Shown here: one piece after another, positions 1 through 13,089 of the stretch
Layout: each line of letters begins with the position of its first letter
Position numbering within the stretch: the stretch's first letter is position 1
Assembly: GCA_965153355.1 (NCBI GenBank)
Contig: OZ231126.1
Location: forward strand, 5,022,001-5,086,000
Reading direction: 5' to 3'
Origin: Flaccisagitta enflata
Taxonomy: Eukaryota
Length of the DNA: 64,000 nt
The notes under the pieces: generated by a model
The model's input: the letters and a program-made list of their open reading frames with translations, nothing else
Database searches by the model: none
What the model was told of the DNA's origin: nothing
Translations under genes and position numbers: made by a program

Positions 1-1336
1 TCTGGATAATTTTCACGATCAAAGAAACGCATAGAGTCCCATTCGCGCCGGATTCGACGCAAAGAGAACGCCCGCGGAGGCGAAGGAATGCGGGCATCGA
101 GTCGAGCGCCATTTGCCTTGCATACGATATAAAGTCATGAATAATGTCCCGAAGGCCGTGTCGGGCGCCATCCGATTCACAGGCGGCGTCGTCGGGGTAG
201 TTCGTTCATTCGGTGCAAATAGAAACGGCGTCGAAAAGGCGCCGACATCCTTCCATTTCCGCAGTGATGTTCATCATTGCTGGCATAAGCGATCCGACCT
301 CGGACACTGATTCAAGCCGAAGTGAGATACACGAGATGACGTTGAAGCGGTCGAGACGGTGTCGTCGTTGCGCGCGGCTGCCATTGTCCAATTTCGCTTT
401 AGGAGGTCGGGTAAGAAAAGAATCGAGTCGTTTTAAATTGTTGAAATATAAATTACGCCCCGAGTTTCAACTGGCACTGTCTATGAGCGTCTATCTGACT
501 GACATGTGGTGAAAGAAAGTTGGCCGATTGGAAAATAGGAAGGCGTCGTCTCGTTTATTCCATAAAATTTCAACAACTGAAGAGAGGGAAAAATGAAAGG
601 GAAAGTGGGCGTTAAATGTGATCAGCAAATAAAGATAACATGAAATCGAGATAGGACACAATAAAGGACAGAAACAGCACATGACAACATGTTCATCTTC
701 TTCAGAGCCCATGCCACCTGATAATACCTGCCCCTGCCCCGGCCCATCCCATTAAATTCATCCATATCATCCCTATAGCAAGCTGATCGGGCAAGCGATA
801 AAAACCATACTAAAATCCGGCGATAAAAATAAAGGGCAAAAGACAAAATAACAGACCGGAGGACAAAAATAAAAACAACGATAATAAAAGCAAACACGCG
901 TCTATAAAACTTAGTGAGGCCCGTTGGTTTCAACCACAGTCTGTCGAGTCAAATTAACGTTAATTGTCCGTTCATTAGTTTATCTGCAATAAAAAGATGA
1001 GAGATTATTGAAATTAGTAAATTCCAAGGGCGCATTCAAGCGATCACGAAAAATCAATCAATCACTTTAAGAAGCAATGCCGCAAATAAATAAAATCAAT
1101 CAATCCAAAAATTGGATGACAAGAAAGACGAGATACGTATGTTCGCCTACGTAATAAAAACAAATGGCACAAAATACAAGGCGCAACCATATGGTTACCC
1201 ATCTAGCGTTCAATATAAAAAATGGCGAGAAACAAAAGACGCGGCATTGAATAATCGAAGAAGAGAAAAAGCCAAAAGCACGCAAAAGAGACAAAAGCAC
1301 ACATACCTAAAGACGGACGGACATACATTTCTAACA
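1..1336 (-). mobile_element. 5' end of a second, diverged BEL/Pao LTR retrotransposon (5' LTR ~447-1336 plus gag N-terminal region 1-446), truncated by the window edge
   Basis: 447-1336 aligns to the LTRs at 10355-11270 and 17943-18856 with many substitutions and indels, and ends in the same ...TTTCTAACA. 1-446 aligns to ~17515-17942. Confidence 0.9.
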
Positions 1337-2098
1337 CTTATTCTTTACCTTTTCCTCTGCGTTTAAAAGTTTGAAATTTCACCCTCATTTGATGAATTGA
1401 TGTTATTTTTTTCAACTGAAAAAACAATGGGCCATTTATTGCCATTATGTGCGCGTCACTGATTACAAATGCATGAATGAACGTTTTTGATGAGTGAAAG
1501 TTTCTATTGAATGGATGAGTGCATGAATGAATTAAGGAGTAAATGGTGTTCTATGAGAACCTAGTTTTTATGAAACCCAGGCTTCGAAACGCTCCAAAAT
1601 TAAGAATGTTGCAGTTATTTTACTAGTAGCTATCTCTGTCGCTTTTAAAGGCTTAAAAAAAAAATTATTGAGTTAGAAGTATGGTAAAATTAATACTTCT
1701 ACCGGGCACGCACTTTTCCTGTCGGGCTCGCTATAATTTTGGGGGGTGTGCCCGGCGTGCACGCCCAGAAAAAAAAACTAGTTTCAGGCCTGCATATTAA
1801 GCATTCCATTTTTGGAGTACTTGAGAATTTCAGACTTGTCAAAATTTCAGACATTCAAGTTTAATATACATAAGAGACTTCGCGGAAGAGTTTACATAAT
1901 AAAGTTTAATAGGCATAAGAGAGCGTTAGGCTTAAGCACGGTATTGACTAGGCTTTAAAAAATTGCAAAATACGCTTGTCAAGAGACTACAGCTAGAAAA
2001 CTGAAATTAAACCAAGTCAAAGAAGTTAAGCAAAAAGAGATGGCTACTTTTGTTTTAATTCTGAGACTTATTTTCGGAAATGAAGGTTCAGTATGACT

Positions 2099-2296
2099 TA
2101 GGTTAGGAACACCATGTTCAAAAACAGCTGACAAACGCGGTTAGGAATACCATGGTCAAAAGTAGCTGAGAAACGCGGTTAGGAATACCATGGTCAAATA
2201 CAGCTGAGAAACGCAGTTAGGAACACCATGGTCAAAAACAGCTGAGAAACGCGGTTTGGAACACAACAGTCAAAAACAGTTGAAAAAAAAGCGGTT
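2099..2296. repeat. ~38-bp tandem repeat (GGTTAGGAACACCATGGTCAAAAACAGCTGAGAAACGC), about 5 copies, inside a HINE-like element
   Basis: Direct inspection. A related unit occurs at 60140-60170 next to a GACGG microsatellite and the GATGCG..CGCATCTAAAAA end. Confidence 0.8.
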
Positions 2297-2347
2297 TTTG
2301 CACAGGCGTACCGACAAATGGACAGGTGGATGAACAGACCCTCTTAT

Positions 2348-2960
2348 GACACGGTTTTTTTTTTAATCTGAAATTTTCACTGCCACAGCCAATTTTTCAC
2401 TCCCTAGATAAATTGATCAGACATGTTCAATGAGCCATCTAGAAGTTGTGGATGTGTATTTTTGGTGAGAATTTGCATGGATATCTTATAGGGATGACTC
2501 ATTTAGTGCAAAAAGAATTAATATGTGGGTAAAAATGCAAGTTTTTTATGAAGAAAATTCTCTTTTATCACCAGATAAGCCTCACGAAAAATTCTTAATT
2601 TGCATAGAAAATGACTAAATAAAAAAACTAAAAACATGGCCCTTGTCTAAAGACGTATAAGAAGGAAACCATGTTCCTGGAAATGCAAAAAAGTTCATCT
2701 GGAAGCAGATTTAAAAATTTTTGCAGAACCTTTTCACAATTTTTAGCACTAAATTTTTAGTAAATCGTTTTCCTATTCCCTACCTTTTTCTCAGTATGTT
2801 GTTTAAAAACGTATCCCGGCTACAAATCTAGATTGGAAGAGTGCATTGATTTGATTACCGCTCAGAATCAGCAGAGAAAAGCAATACTGTGAAGAGAAAA
2901 CCATGAAGTAGCGATAAAATATAGCTGACAAAATTATCGCGCGATCGCGCCGAGCGTGTC
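2348..2960. mobile_element. Putative non-autonomous DNA transposon with GACACG...CGTGTC ends and 4-bp TSD TTAT
   Basis: TTAT flanks both ends. It splits the end of a HINE-like element (CCCTCTTAT|GGAGATGCG) that is seen intact at ~60230-60262. Confidence 0.55.
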
Positions 2961-3233
2961 TTATGGAGATGCGTTCCTGACGGACGCATCTAAAAACTTC
3001 TTGTCTTTGGGTCAACTAGAAGTGTGCCTTTTATAGTATTTTTTCTGAGCAGACATTCCAATCTTTTTTGTACAGCAGAGCTGCTTTTTCATATAGATAT
3101 GAACGAATGTTTTGAAAAACAGAAAAGCTAGCTGCGCGGATTTGGACCAATTAAGTAATATCAATGCAACCATCATCATTTTTCACAAGGGTAAGGCCGG
3201 ATCATTACCATCTAATTCTGGAAAACCCATATA

Positions 3234-3500
3234 CAGTCTATGGACATTACAGTATTTGTAGATATGTCAGCAGTTTGGTATATCTCAACCCGTTGAGATC
3301 TTTCATTCTGGCACATTTCAACGCGTTGAGATCTTTCATTCTACTACGACGAATCATTAACATGAGATATCTCAACGCATTGAAATGTGCCAAAATGAGA
3401 GATTTCACTGGGTTGAAATGTCCCAGAATAAAAGATCTCAACAGGTTGAGATATGCCAAATTGCTGACATATCTACAAATACCGTTTTGTCCACTGACTG
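3234..3500. mobile_element. Foldback MITE, Tc1/mariner-like (CAGTC...GACTG, TA flanks)
   Basis: Near-perfect palindrome over its whole length, TA on both sides. Confidence 0.8.
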
Positions 3501-4233
3501 TATAATAAGTAAGAAATGAGTGTTGAGAATCAGGGCTTTAATGTTTGTTGCTCCCCGCGGCCGAAACCAATACATCTGCAATAATTTATGATCATTTCTA
3601 TAAGATGTTAAAATCTTAATCAAAAGAAACCTGTGCTAAGTGATACTGGCTTACTTGGTTGAATTACAAATATCGCTTTAACTTGTTTCAATAGATATGA
3701 TAAAGCCAAATAAGCACAGTTCAAAATGAGAATGCTTCAGTTTTCTGTTTTCCTTAAGATAAAAGATTTCTTTTTTAGTTGAAAATTTTTCATTACCTAA
3801 TCGAAAGGCAGTAAAGCCTATTTCCCATGATCTGGAGCAATCTGCAATGAATGTCCAGCAACCGCATTGAAAGATTAGGGCCAATATCATGGCTTACACC
3901 TGCTGGGCTCACGCCCATGTAGAAAAGGAAGAAAAAAAATCTTAAAAGACCTAAAAAACCACAAGAAAAACAGTAGTAAAAGTCAAATTAAAGGGAAGAG
4001 TCATAGTGTCTATGTGGTTTTTCAACAAAATAAGCTGTAACTTCCGGTAAATCAAGACATATTTTCTTGACAATGTTGCCCTTGGGTGATTTGTTGAATT
4101 TTGTTGAAACAGGTAACAGTCATTTGCCCTATACTTCTTTTGGGCTAGGTTAAGAACGACTTTTTTTCAAATTAGATCAAATAGAAAACTGGAGGTGGTG
4201 CGCATAAATACTACTCAGGAAGGGTTCACAGGG

Positions 4234-4765
4234 GGGCATCCTCTGAATCACGAAATTCGTGATTAAGTTGAAATTCTTTCCACTGAAGCACACCCTAGTG
4301 CTTCAGTGGAATGAAAAATAACTAGTGTCTTTTATAATTTGAGCTTCAGTGGAATTGGAAGTAACTTATTTTGTCACAGTGGAGAAGATAGTAATTCTTT
4401 TAAAGTAATTTTTTGAAGGAATCATGAAATGCCCTCCTTTCTTTCAATCTCTCTCTATTTCTTTTCTATTTTTTTTCATCACCAGCTTTTTCTACTAGAG
4501 AATTTTGATATCAAAAAGAAAACATTTTTATACATTTGCTTATTTCTTATTCTACTAAAGTATTTGCAACCAATAAAAAATTCTCAGTGACTTTTTATTT
4601 CATTGCAGTATAAAAACAGGTCAATTGCAATATGAAAAGATGTCAAGAGTCAATCCACTGAAGCACGAATTCCAATTCCACTGAAGCACGAGGTCGTGCT
4701 TCAGTGGAATGGGTCTTGACTGGCCTAATTTCCGGCCCAGAGTTCGTGATTCAATGGATAGGCCA
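4234..4765. mobile_element. MITE with 9-bp TSD (Mutator-like)
   Basis: TSD TTCACAGGG at 4225-4233 and 4766-4774, imperfect TIRs (GGCATCC..TGAATCACGAA / TTCGTGATTCA..GGATAGGCC), internal TTCCACTGAAGCAC motifs. A paralogous empty site lies at ~25270. Confidence 0.75.
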
Positions 4766-5454
4766 TTCACAGGGCCCTTTTCATTTTATTTCAGTTTGGG
4801 TGTACTTACGCATGTGGGTTGGCAGGTCTAGTGAGTTGTGATAAGTCAAGAGATAGGCCAATCTAGCAGTTGCAATTTGTTGTGCCAGGGAGTGGTAGAA
4901 AACGACCGTAAAATAACAAGACTGCCTTTTGCAAGCTATGGACCAATGGACATATGAACAGTTTGACCGACAGAGCGACAGAGCGACCAATTGAGTCGCG
5001 ATCACGCTATAAAGACGCCGATTTGCGGCAATTTATGTAGCAGTTTTGTAGCGCTTTTGTAGCGCTTTTGTAGCGGTTTTTGTGGCATATGACATAGGGC
5101 AGTCATTGAAAAACTACCAATAAACACAACATAAACCGATCAAACCAACAGACAAACAATCTGAGTAGCTTCTAATTCTGAGTGATGATTTCATCAGCTT
5201 TAGCTTGATTAAATTTAGATCTTTTCATCTTTTTTTAATATGTCATCTCCTCATGAAATTGCTTGCCACGTAACTCACGCGCGGATATCAGCGCCTCTTC
5301 GTAGTAAGGCTTGTATAAAAGCATACATGATCATACATGCTTGAGACGAGTCCAGCACGGACGATATCATACCGCTTAACCAATTTGTCTTAATTCAATA
5401 CGCTCTCACACTCTCTCACAAGATCAAGATTGTCGACCAAGTTTGGCTGTAGAA

Positions 5455-5581
5455 ATGTGGTTGTTGGTGCTCGTCGAGTTTTGGAGCATCTGTCTTTATT
5501 TTTGGGACATTGGTTTGGACATTCTCGTTTGCAAGGAAGGATATGGAAAGACATTCTCCCAAAGACAAGACAAATCAAAAG
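5455..5581 (+). CDS. XK-related protein, probable first coding exon
   Basis: MWLLVLVEFWSICLYFWDIGLDILVC matches the XK-family TM1 D-x3-D pattern, followed by donor G|GTAAAG at 5582. The phase join to the next exon was not resolved. Confidence 0.65.
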
Positions 5582-5620
5582 GTAAAGACAGTCTCGTCGT
5601 TGAGGTGACTTTAGCGTGTA

Positions 5621-6123
5621 CTGTGGAAACCCGATTTAACGACCTTGAAGGGTCTGGGAAATTTTTGTCGTTAAAATCCCAATGTTGTTAAAACGAATTT
5701 CAATTTTTTCTGATAGTTTTAAAACAAGGACAAATAATTGTATTCACGGTCAGGATTCCCGTCATCAAATTTCTCAATTCTAAGGGTCTAAATAAAATAT
5801 GATTTTATAAGTTCTACATTTGTGCAACTGGCCAATAGATACACTAAAAGGTCGATAATCCGCTTCTTAAAAACTCAGTATAACACATTTTTTAGCTATA
5901 GCAATCAAATAAATATGTCAAAATAGTAATAGTACATTGGAGAAAAGTCATCCATGAGACTTAGAAATAGTGTTTTTACATCAGATTTGGATATCAAATC
6001 AGGTATACTTAAATTGATTGAAATTAACGTTGCAAAAGCCTGTAAGAATTTAGGATTTGGGAAACCTGACTGTTAAATCCGAAATGTTGTTAAATCAGGT
6101 GGTAAAAACATGGTAGTCCACTG
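5621..6123. mobile_element. Degenerate pogo/Tc1-like MITE in XK intron
   Basis: TA-CTGTGGAAACCCGATTTAAC ... GTTAAATCAGG..GTCCACTG-TA. Confidence 0.55.
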
Positions 6124-6270
6124 TAGTTCAAAAACCTTATCTCTCTGATCGTGAAACGTTGGAGCGTCTGTCTATATTTTTGAAGTATTGGTTGGGATAC
6201 TACTTGACTCGAAAAAAAGCTGCACCCTATTTTGGGTTGATGAATATGAGAAAAAAAGTTACTTGAACTT

Positions 6271-6475
6271 TTTAGACGCCTGCTACGCGACTCTACACCC
6301 CGCTTTGTTGGTCCGTCCGTTGGTCCGTCCGTCCGTCCGTCCCTTGGTCCGTCACAATTTACTTTTTTTTGGTTTTTGCAGTCTTTGGCCTCATTGCCCC
6401 TGCCCAAATGATCAAGTGACCTCAAATATAGCCCCTGCCCACCCGCACGCGACTGGGGTAGCCGTGTATCCAGCC
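6271..6475 (+). mobile_element. DINE-1/HINE-like (Helentron-associated) element
   Basis: 5' inverted repeat, (GTCC)n microsatellite, 3' CGCACGCGACT subterminal repeat and GTAGCCGTGTATCCAGCC end, T-rich insertion site. Related copies at ~7664-7836(-), 8177-8386(-), 25036-25190(-), 31123-31404(-), 36085-36376(-), 44621-44781(-), 48115-48336, 48686-48882, 49221-49590, 57831-58052. Confidence 0.7.
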
Positions 6476-6834
6476 AGGCGTTCATATTTTGTAAACCTTC
6501 CGAGAGGCAGAAATTTTGCCTCATAAGTTTCCGACATAGATTCTCTTGTTGGTAACCCTTTTTAATAAAGAATTGTAAAATGGTTTACTAAACAGCATGC
6601 AGCATGCATGAACTCTTTTTCACCCAAATTGGCCATGTCATAGAACCAATTGTGCAAAAGGTTTGAAAAGTGATTGAATTCAATCAATCAATCAATCAGA
6701 TTTTTTCCAAGTCTGACAAAATACCACTTAGTTCTCCACAGGCCCTTGCGGTTTTTAATCTTGTTTTGTTTCTTTCTTTGCTTCTTTGCTTCTGTTTTGC
6801 TTCATTTTATTCTTACTTTTTTTCTTTCTTTTTT

Positions 6835-6837
<3 letters not shown>

Positions 6838-6900
<63 letters not shown>
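6838..6900. repeat. (TTTC)n microsatellite
   Basis: Direct inspection. Confidence 0.95.
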
Positions 6901-6901
<1 letters not shown>

Positions 6902-7550
6902 CTTTTTCTTCTTCTTCAACCTCTTCCAAGATTTTCCGACAACTTCCTTAACCTTCCGAGAAGCGGCGCTTCCCGCTTCTTCAAAATATGAACGCCTGTA
7001 TCCAGCCTTGTTTCTGTTGAAGTGGTTTTAAAATTTTTAAGATTTTCTTTTCTTTTAGACCACGCCCAGATCTGTTTCTTGAACGGTTTAAGAGCCAGAG
7101 CTTATCAAAGTGATCTTCTATTTTGTAAAAATGCTTATTTTTCAATAGGAGTGCAAACTGATAATAATAATTTTTCTACTCTTTCTTATGCCATTTCTAA
7201 AGAATAAAGCTACAATTGCCAGATTGGAGCCAAATGAAAGATCTTTCTAAGAGCTTTCTAACGGTCTAAGATTTTACTTCATTTTTTTAAGATTAAATTT
7301 CACAATTTGCCTTTTAAAAGTGCGGCTTTTCTATTTAGTCCAGTAGTATCGGTTGCAATATTGGCTTTGATATTGGGCCAAAAAACTCTTTATATCCAAT
7401 TTCAGTGAACTCAGTAATTCAAGATTCGTATCTCAAAGAATTTATAATCAACCTTTTAGAAATTAAAGGGGATGCTCCCATGTGACTACTTGTCTTTTAA
7501 GCACAATTTTTTTGCATAAGGAAAGTGAAACAAAAAACAAAGATGTCACC

Positions 7551-7554
<4 letters not shown>

Positions 7555-7639
<85 letters not shown>
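7555..7639. repeat. (GA)n microsatellite
   Basis: Direct inspection. (CT)n tracts also at ~33843-33992, 38830-38977, 55337-55423 and 61882-61954. Confidence 0.95.
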
Positions 7640-7640
<1 letters not shown>

Positions 7641-8464
7641 CAAGAGAGAAATATTTGAAAAATAAACGGCTGATTACACAGCTACCCTAGTCGCGTGCGG
7701 GTGGGCAGTATGCTCGAAAAGCTAAAAAATGCCAAAAAAGTAAAAAGGGGACCAACCGACCAATCAACCAAACAACTAACCGACGGAGGGACCAACAGTG
7801 ACGGAGACCGTAGAGTCGCGTAGCACGCGACTAAAAACTGATATGTTCTTTAACAGGATGAGCAGGAAATTTGGCACAAGCAAATATTTGTAAACACAGC
7901 ACTTCAAGGTGGGCAAATAAGCAAAAATTTGGATCATAACCTCATAATGAGTTCCACTGAACAATAGTATGAACCGTTATTCACTTTTACAATTGCTGCA
8001 ACCTTGAGAAGGCTTCAAAATTGAAATGCCCTCTCATATTTTGCAGAATTTTTACTAGCCATTTTTTGCAAAATGGAATCTCTACAAAGTCTTATGTCAT
8101 TCTTTTGAGGTCAGCGTCTTACAGAAAAGGTGTACCAATGGATGATTGGGTCAAGGGGTGAGAAATAACTGTAAAAACAAGTGACGCGGGGTCACAATAT
8201 CGTTGCGGACGGGTGGGCAGGGGCATCCAACCCCTTTCCACAACCCAACCCACCTCCAACACTCAAACATACAAAAAATGTATTGAAAACGCTCGTTTTC
8301 AACTCAATCACCATGACGGACCGACCGACCAACGGACCGACGGACGGACAAAGCCTCTTATAGAGTTGCGTGTCCGCAACTAAAAATGTCAACCATATCC
8401 ACTCCCTAAAAGCAATAAGAGCCATTGAACACTAACCTTATGTTACCTTCGCATTATTGTTTAG

Positions 8465-8808
8465 TTTCAAATCCTTTTACATGAACATGATTTTATTTGA
8501 AATAAAAAAGCTCGATGGAGAATATGTAATGGATAAATTTTGCTTACTTAACAAGCATTCTACTTATCAAGGTATGAAATATGTTTGGGACATCCTGGAT
8601 TTGGTATCTTCTCATGAACTGGTTGACATGGAGGCAATTCACTTTCTGCTCACTTGGCTCTGGATTTTCTTGGGATATCTCGCTCAGTTTGTGATGGTCT
8701 GTCGCCACATCAAAGCGCAAGATTATCTTCCGGCGGCTTATAAATTCTTCATTGTTCTCTCTTCTCTGTTCATGCTTGGCCCAACCATGATTCATATCTA
8801 CTGCATAG
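8465..8808 (+). CDS. XK-related protein, internal exon (5' boundary uncertain)
   Basis: Hydrophobic TM segments HFLLTWLWIFLGYLAQFV and FFIVLSSLFMLGPTMIHIYCIG, including the LGP motif of XK proteins. The phase-1 donor at 8809 matches the phase-1 acceptor at 9410-9411. Confidence 0.7.
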
Positions 8809-9411
8809 GTCACAGTGCAAACGAAGGCAAAATTAGACAACCGTGCATATTCATAACTTGCTCTACTTTTGAGTTTTATCAAATTAAAGATTTTTTTAGT
8901 TTTATTATTCTCATACACAATGCTTGAAAAATAAAACAAACCAAGAAACTTGATATTGCATTGATGATAAACAGAAACAATCACTCATTTGCAAGAATTC
9001 CTTGAAAATACAGTTGCAAAAATTTTAAAAGCAGTCGGGTGAAATTCTAAGACTATTTCTAGATGCAAATTTTTGCATTTGTAAGTACATAGCTCTATTC
9101 TTTTATGTTTTTTGAACGAGGCTATGTTTTTGGAAATACAAATATATCAGTGTAGGAACCAGCTTAGGATACCACCCAAGATAACTCAAATTGCAAAACT
9201 AAATTTCTTTGATGAATTTATAATTCTTGTATTATTTGTCATCACTTTTCTTACATTTAAGTGAGATATCAATTATCTTCCATGCAAAAAAAATCATAAT
9301 GAAAGTAAATAAACCTATGTTTGATTAAAAAAAAATCATTTTATGATGTTAAAAATTGTCTAAAAATGTTTTGACTCATAAAATTTTGTCTCCGTTTGCA
9401 CTGTGACATAG

Positions 9412-10354
9412 GCCTCCTTATTGTTTTCCGATGTATCCCGAGTCCAACTTTGTCGTCACAATCCACAACGATCCAGAATCTCAATCGCGCGCTTCTTTTC
9501 GCCCACACGGTTAAACTGGCGGAAATCTTCTTCGAGTGTATGCCGCAATTTTTGACCCAACTGGTTATGACCAGCGCCAAGGGAAATAACGGTTTAAAGG
9601 AGATGACGCTTTTGCAAATGGGATCTGTAGTCAGTAGTTGTATCACCATCACATGGGGAATCTCTAAATACACTATCCAAAATCACGGGGAATTTGTCTC
9701 TAAAAGTCATTCGAAAATGACGTCGCAATTGGTTCTTATTTTTGTCATTTTGTCCGAAGTCGTTTTTTGCGGGGGTGTGAGTCGGTTTTCATTCGCTTTC
9801 TACAGAGGGCGCATTCCGCTTGTAGCGATGTTGATGCCCCTTACTGCCGTCTCATCCTTTTTTCACATGTGTCAACTTGTCAATGGCGTCAAAGGCTCCA
9901 AATACGGAGATCTTTCATTTCTTTTTGCGCGCTTGTTCATTTGGGTTAGCGTACTTTTCGCTTTCTTTTCCGAACCTTCGTTTGAGAAAGGTGAGAGGGC
10001 GCTGGTTATCAACAATTCGTGGGTAGTTTTTTGCGTAACTATGACGATCGTGGCAGGAGTCAATACTATTGTGGGATTTCTTATTCGAAGACAGACGACC
10101 AATTTTAGATTGTACAACTGGATTGATCAGTGGCTACAAGCCACCTCGACAGCCTTGGTCAAGCGAATTGACGCTGATCCATTTGAAAAGGGGCGTGGAG
10201 AATCAATAAAAGCGTTGACCAACTTGAGTGAAGAGGAAGTGACAGCGGCTTTTAGGAGGAAACGCTTCGCAGAGAGACGGCATAGTGAACCAGTTTCCAG
10301 TATCGACAATGGAGAGCGTGATAACTCTATTTTAGGAGATTTGGATACAACCTG
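9412..10354 (+). CDS. XK-related protein, 5' part of last exon, interrupted by LTR retrotransposon
   Basis: KLAEIFFECMPQFLTQL matches the XK hallmark E-x2-[LF]-E-x2-P-Q-x2-[LT]-Q. It is followed by several TM helices and a hydrophilic tail. The frame runs into the LTR and stops at 10424. Confidence 0.85.
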
Positions 10355-11270
10355 TATAAATTACGCCCACGAGTTTCAACTGGCACTGTCTATGAGCGTC
10401 TATCTGACTGACGACTTGTGGTGAAAGAAAGTTGGCCGATTGGAAAATAGGAAGGCGATCGTCTCGTTTATTCCATAAAAATTTCAACAACTGAAGAGAG
10501 GGGATAAAATAAAAAGGGAAAGTGGGCGTTAAAGGTGATCAGCAAACGCAAAAGATAACATGAAATCGAGACAGGACACAATAAAGGACAGAAACAGCAC
10601 ATGACAACATGTTCATCTTCTTCAGAGCCCATGCCACCTGATAATACCTGCCCCTGCCCCGGCCCATCCCATTAAATTCATCCATATCATCCCCATAGTA
10701 AGCTGATCGGGCAAACGATAAAAACCATACTAAAATCCGGCGATAAAAATGCAAAAAACGCAAAAAACAAGAATAACAGACCGGAATACAAGATAAAAAC
10801 AACGTTACTAAAACGAAAACGCGTCTATAAAACTTACTTTTAGGCCCACTTTCGTTGGTTTCAACCCACAGTCTGTCGATGTCAAACTAACGTTAATTGT
10901 CCGTTCATAAGTTTATCTGCAATAAAAAGATGAGAGATTATTGAAATTAGTAAATTCCAAGGGCACATTCAATCAATCACGAAAAACTCAATCAATCACT
11001 TTAGGAAGCAATGCCGTAAATAAATAAAAACAATCAATCCAAAATTGGATGACACGAAGACGAGATACGTATGTTTGTTTACGTAATAAAAACAAATGGC
11101 ACAAAATACAAGGCGCAACCATATGGTTACCCATCTAGCCTTCATTATAAAAAATGGCGAGAAACAAAAGACACCGGCATTGAATAATAAGAAAAGAGGA
11201 AAAGCCAAAAGCACGCAAAAGAAACAAAAGCACACATACCCAGTAGGCGGACAGACATACATTTCTAACA
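10355..11270 (-). repeat. 3' LTR
   Basis: Direct repeat of 17943-18856. About five differences seen by eye (two substitutions, three small indels). Confidence 0.95.
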
Positions 11271-12318
11271 GAATTTTTTAAATTTCACGAATTTCAAAAA
11301 TCCGACACCTAGTTTCCGGTCGGGGAAACCCTACTAAAAAACCGATACTACCTTCCTTAAAAAAAAATTACACAGACACAGCCCCCGCCCCTCCCCCCCC
11401 GTCCACCGCCTCTTACATCCCCACCCTAACTATCAACAGATCGAAGACTGCACGAATGATGATTTCCGTCCGGAAAGGATCCACCACCAGCAATTTTTCA
11501 ACGATCCAACATGACGCGGATGGAAACGAGGCGGCGGCGAGGAGTTGAGCACCCGTTCTGTAAAATTAAGGGGAAAAGGGAAGGGGCAGACATGGGCACC
11601 TCCAAGCCTGGGATTTGACTTGAAGGAAAATAATAAGTAGGGGCATACTACTAAAAACATGTCATACGAAAGTATTCGTAATAATGACTATAAAAGACCA
11701 TGTCTAAAACAAACACAACAAAAAATACATGTTCCAAGGAACCAAACAAAACAAGACAAAATAAATAAGTTACTAACTATATGTAAAAACGAATATGAAA
11801 GGCGAAAAAATTAGTAAGCATCATGGAACGACCACGTCACCTGCGCCTTCTCCATTACAGAGACGAGCGGGTCATTCCGGAGCTCCAAAACCTCGTCAAT
11901 CCGTGGGCGAAAGGCGATGAATGATGTCGTCAACGGCGACCGCATCGAAAGGCGCAGGTGGAGCCGGATGCCGACGTGACATCTTGACTCCGACGAGCGA
12001 CTTCAAGATGTAGACTGACTTCGTAGATGGAATAACGTCGTCAGCGGAAGCTTTGAAATGTTCGTTATCGCGAACTGATAATGGTAAGAACGGATTTTTG
12101 CACAATAATATGTACATATAGACAGAGCGAATGAATCAGTGTTTTGATGTGTGAGTGGAAATGGATAACATAATTGACAAGAGGAAAGATGAAAGCATGG
12201 ATAATCAGAACCAAATATGAATAATAACAACTCTTTGTAAATATAACAAGTCAGAGTTTCAATCACTCATATCTATAGTTACTAATGGACAGGCCCATGC
12301 TTTTCTCTCTCTCAAAAC

Positions 12319-13050
12319 TTAGCGTTTTTTATGAATCCAATTCCAGCCGCAGACGCTTTGTGCGGTCTTCGTCACGATCTTTTCATCTTGGCGTCGAGGA
12401 TAAGCCCTCCGGACATGAGCTGATGAACCTTCGACACCCATGACGCGTCCTAAACTCCAATTGTGACGAGGCAGCGTTTCGTCCATGACGACGACCATGT
12501 CATCGACCGCAAAGTCTCTCTCGGATCTCGACCATTTGCTTTGCGCGTGAAGAAGCGCCAAATATTCGACCCTCCACGATTTCCAAAACGCATCCACACG
12601 CGATTGCGCACGCCTCCATTGAATCTTCGCTGAGTCGGCGTCAGAGTTGACGCCTTGTTGCGCCAGATCCAGAGGGGCGTGACCGGATGTTGATGGATTG
12701 AGGATATGATTCGGTGTGAGGGCCTCAGAATCATTTGGATCATCGCTGAGCGCTGTCAGAGAACGGCGATTGAGAATTCCTTCAACTTCGACGACAGCAG
12801 TGTTAAAGGCATCGACGTGGAGGATGGTGCCAATAGAGATGGAAGCAAGATGGCGCTTTGATGGAAGCTTGGCCATTCGCTGATTCGCGTTCTTTTTAAA
12901 GTTCTTCTGGCATCTGAAGCACGTGTTGACGACGCTCTTGACAGCCTGAAGACCTTTTGTAATCCACACAAATTGGCGTAATTGGCACAATGTATGCTTT
13001 GCACCCACGTGAAAATCATTATGATGATAATGGCGAATTAATGATTTCAC
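12319..13050 (-). pseudogene. pol: Integrase remnant: HHCC zinc-binding domain plus C-terminal DUF5641-like domain, catalytic core deleted
   Basis: HYHHNDFHVG...WI...CFRC, then a jump after MAKLPSKR to EVEGILNRRSL..LTPNHIL and FWKSWRVEYL..WSLGRV. The DDE core is absent. Confidence 0.9.
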
Positions 13051-13089
13051 ATTCTCGTCTTTGGCGGAAGGATGAAGGGAAATTTAGCG

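Noticed and set aside
622-933. Hydrophobic ORF inside each LTR (also 10539-10802 and 18124-18387)
   Set aside because: The ORF starts are TTG, hydrophobicity follows from the T-rich strand, and indels between subfamilies scramble the middle. Recurrence only reflects LTR identity.
6090-6526. ORFs over GTCC/GACG repeats (also 8181-8425, 27698-28294, 57815-58058)
   Set aside because: They lie within non-coding HINE-like repeats.
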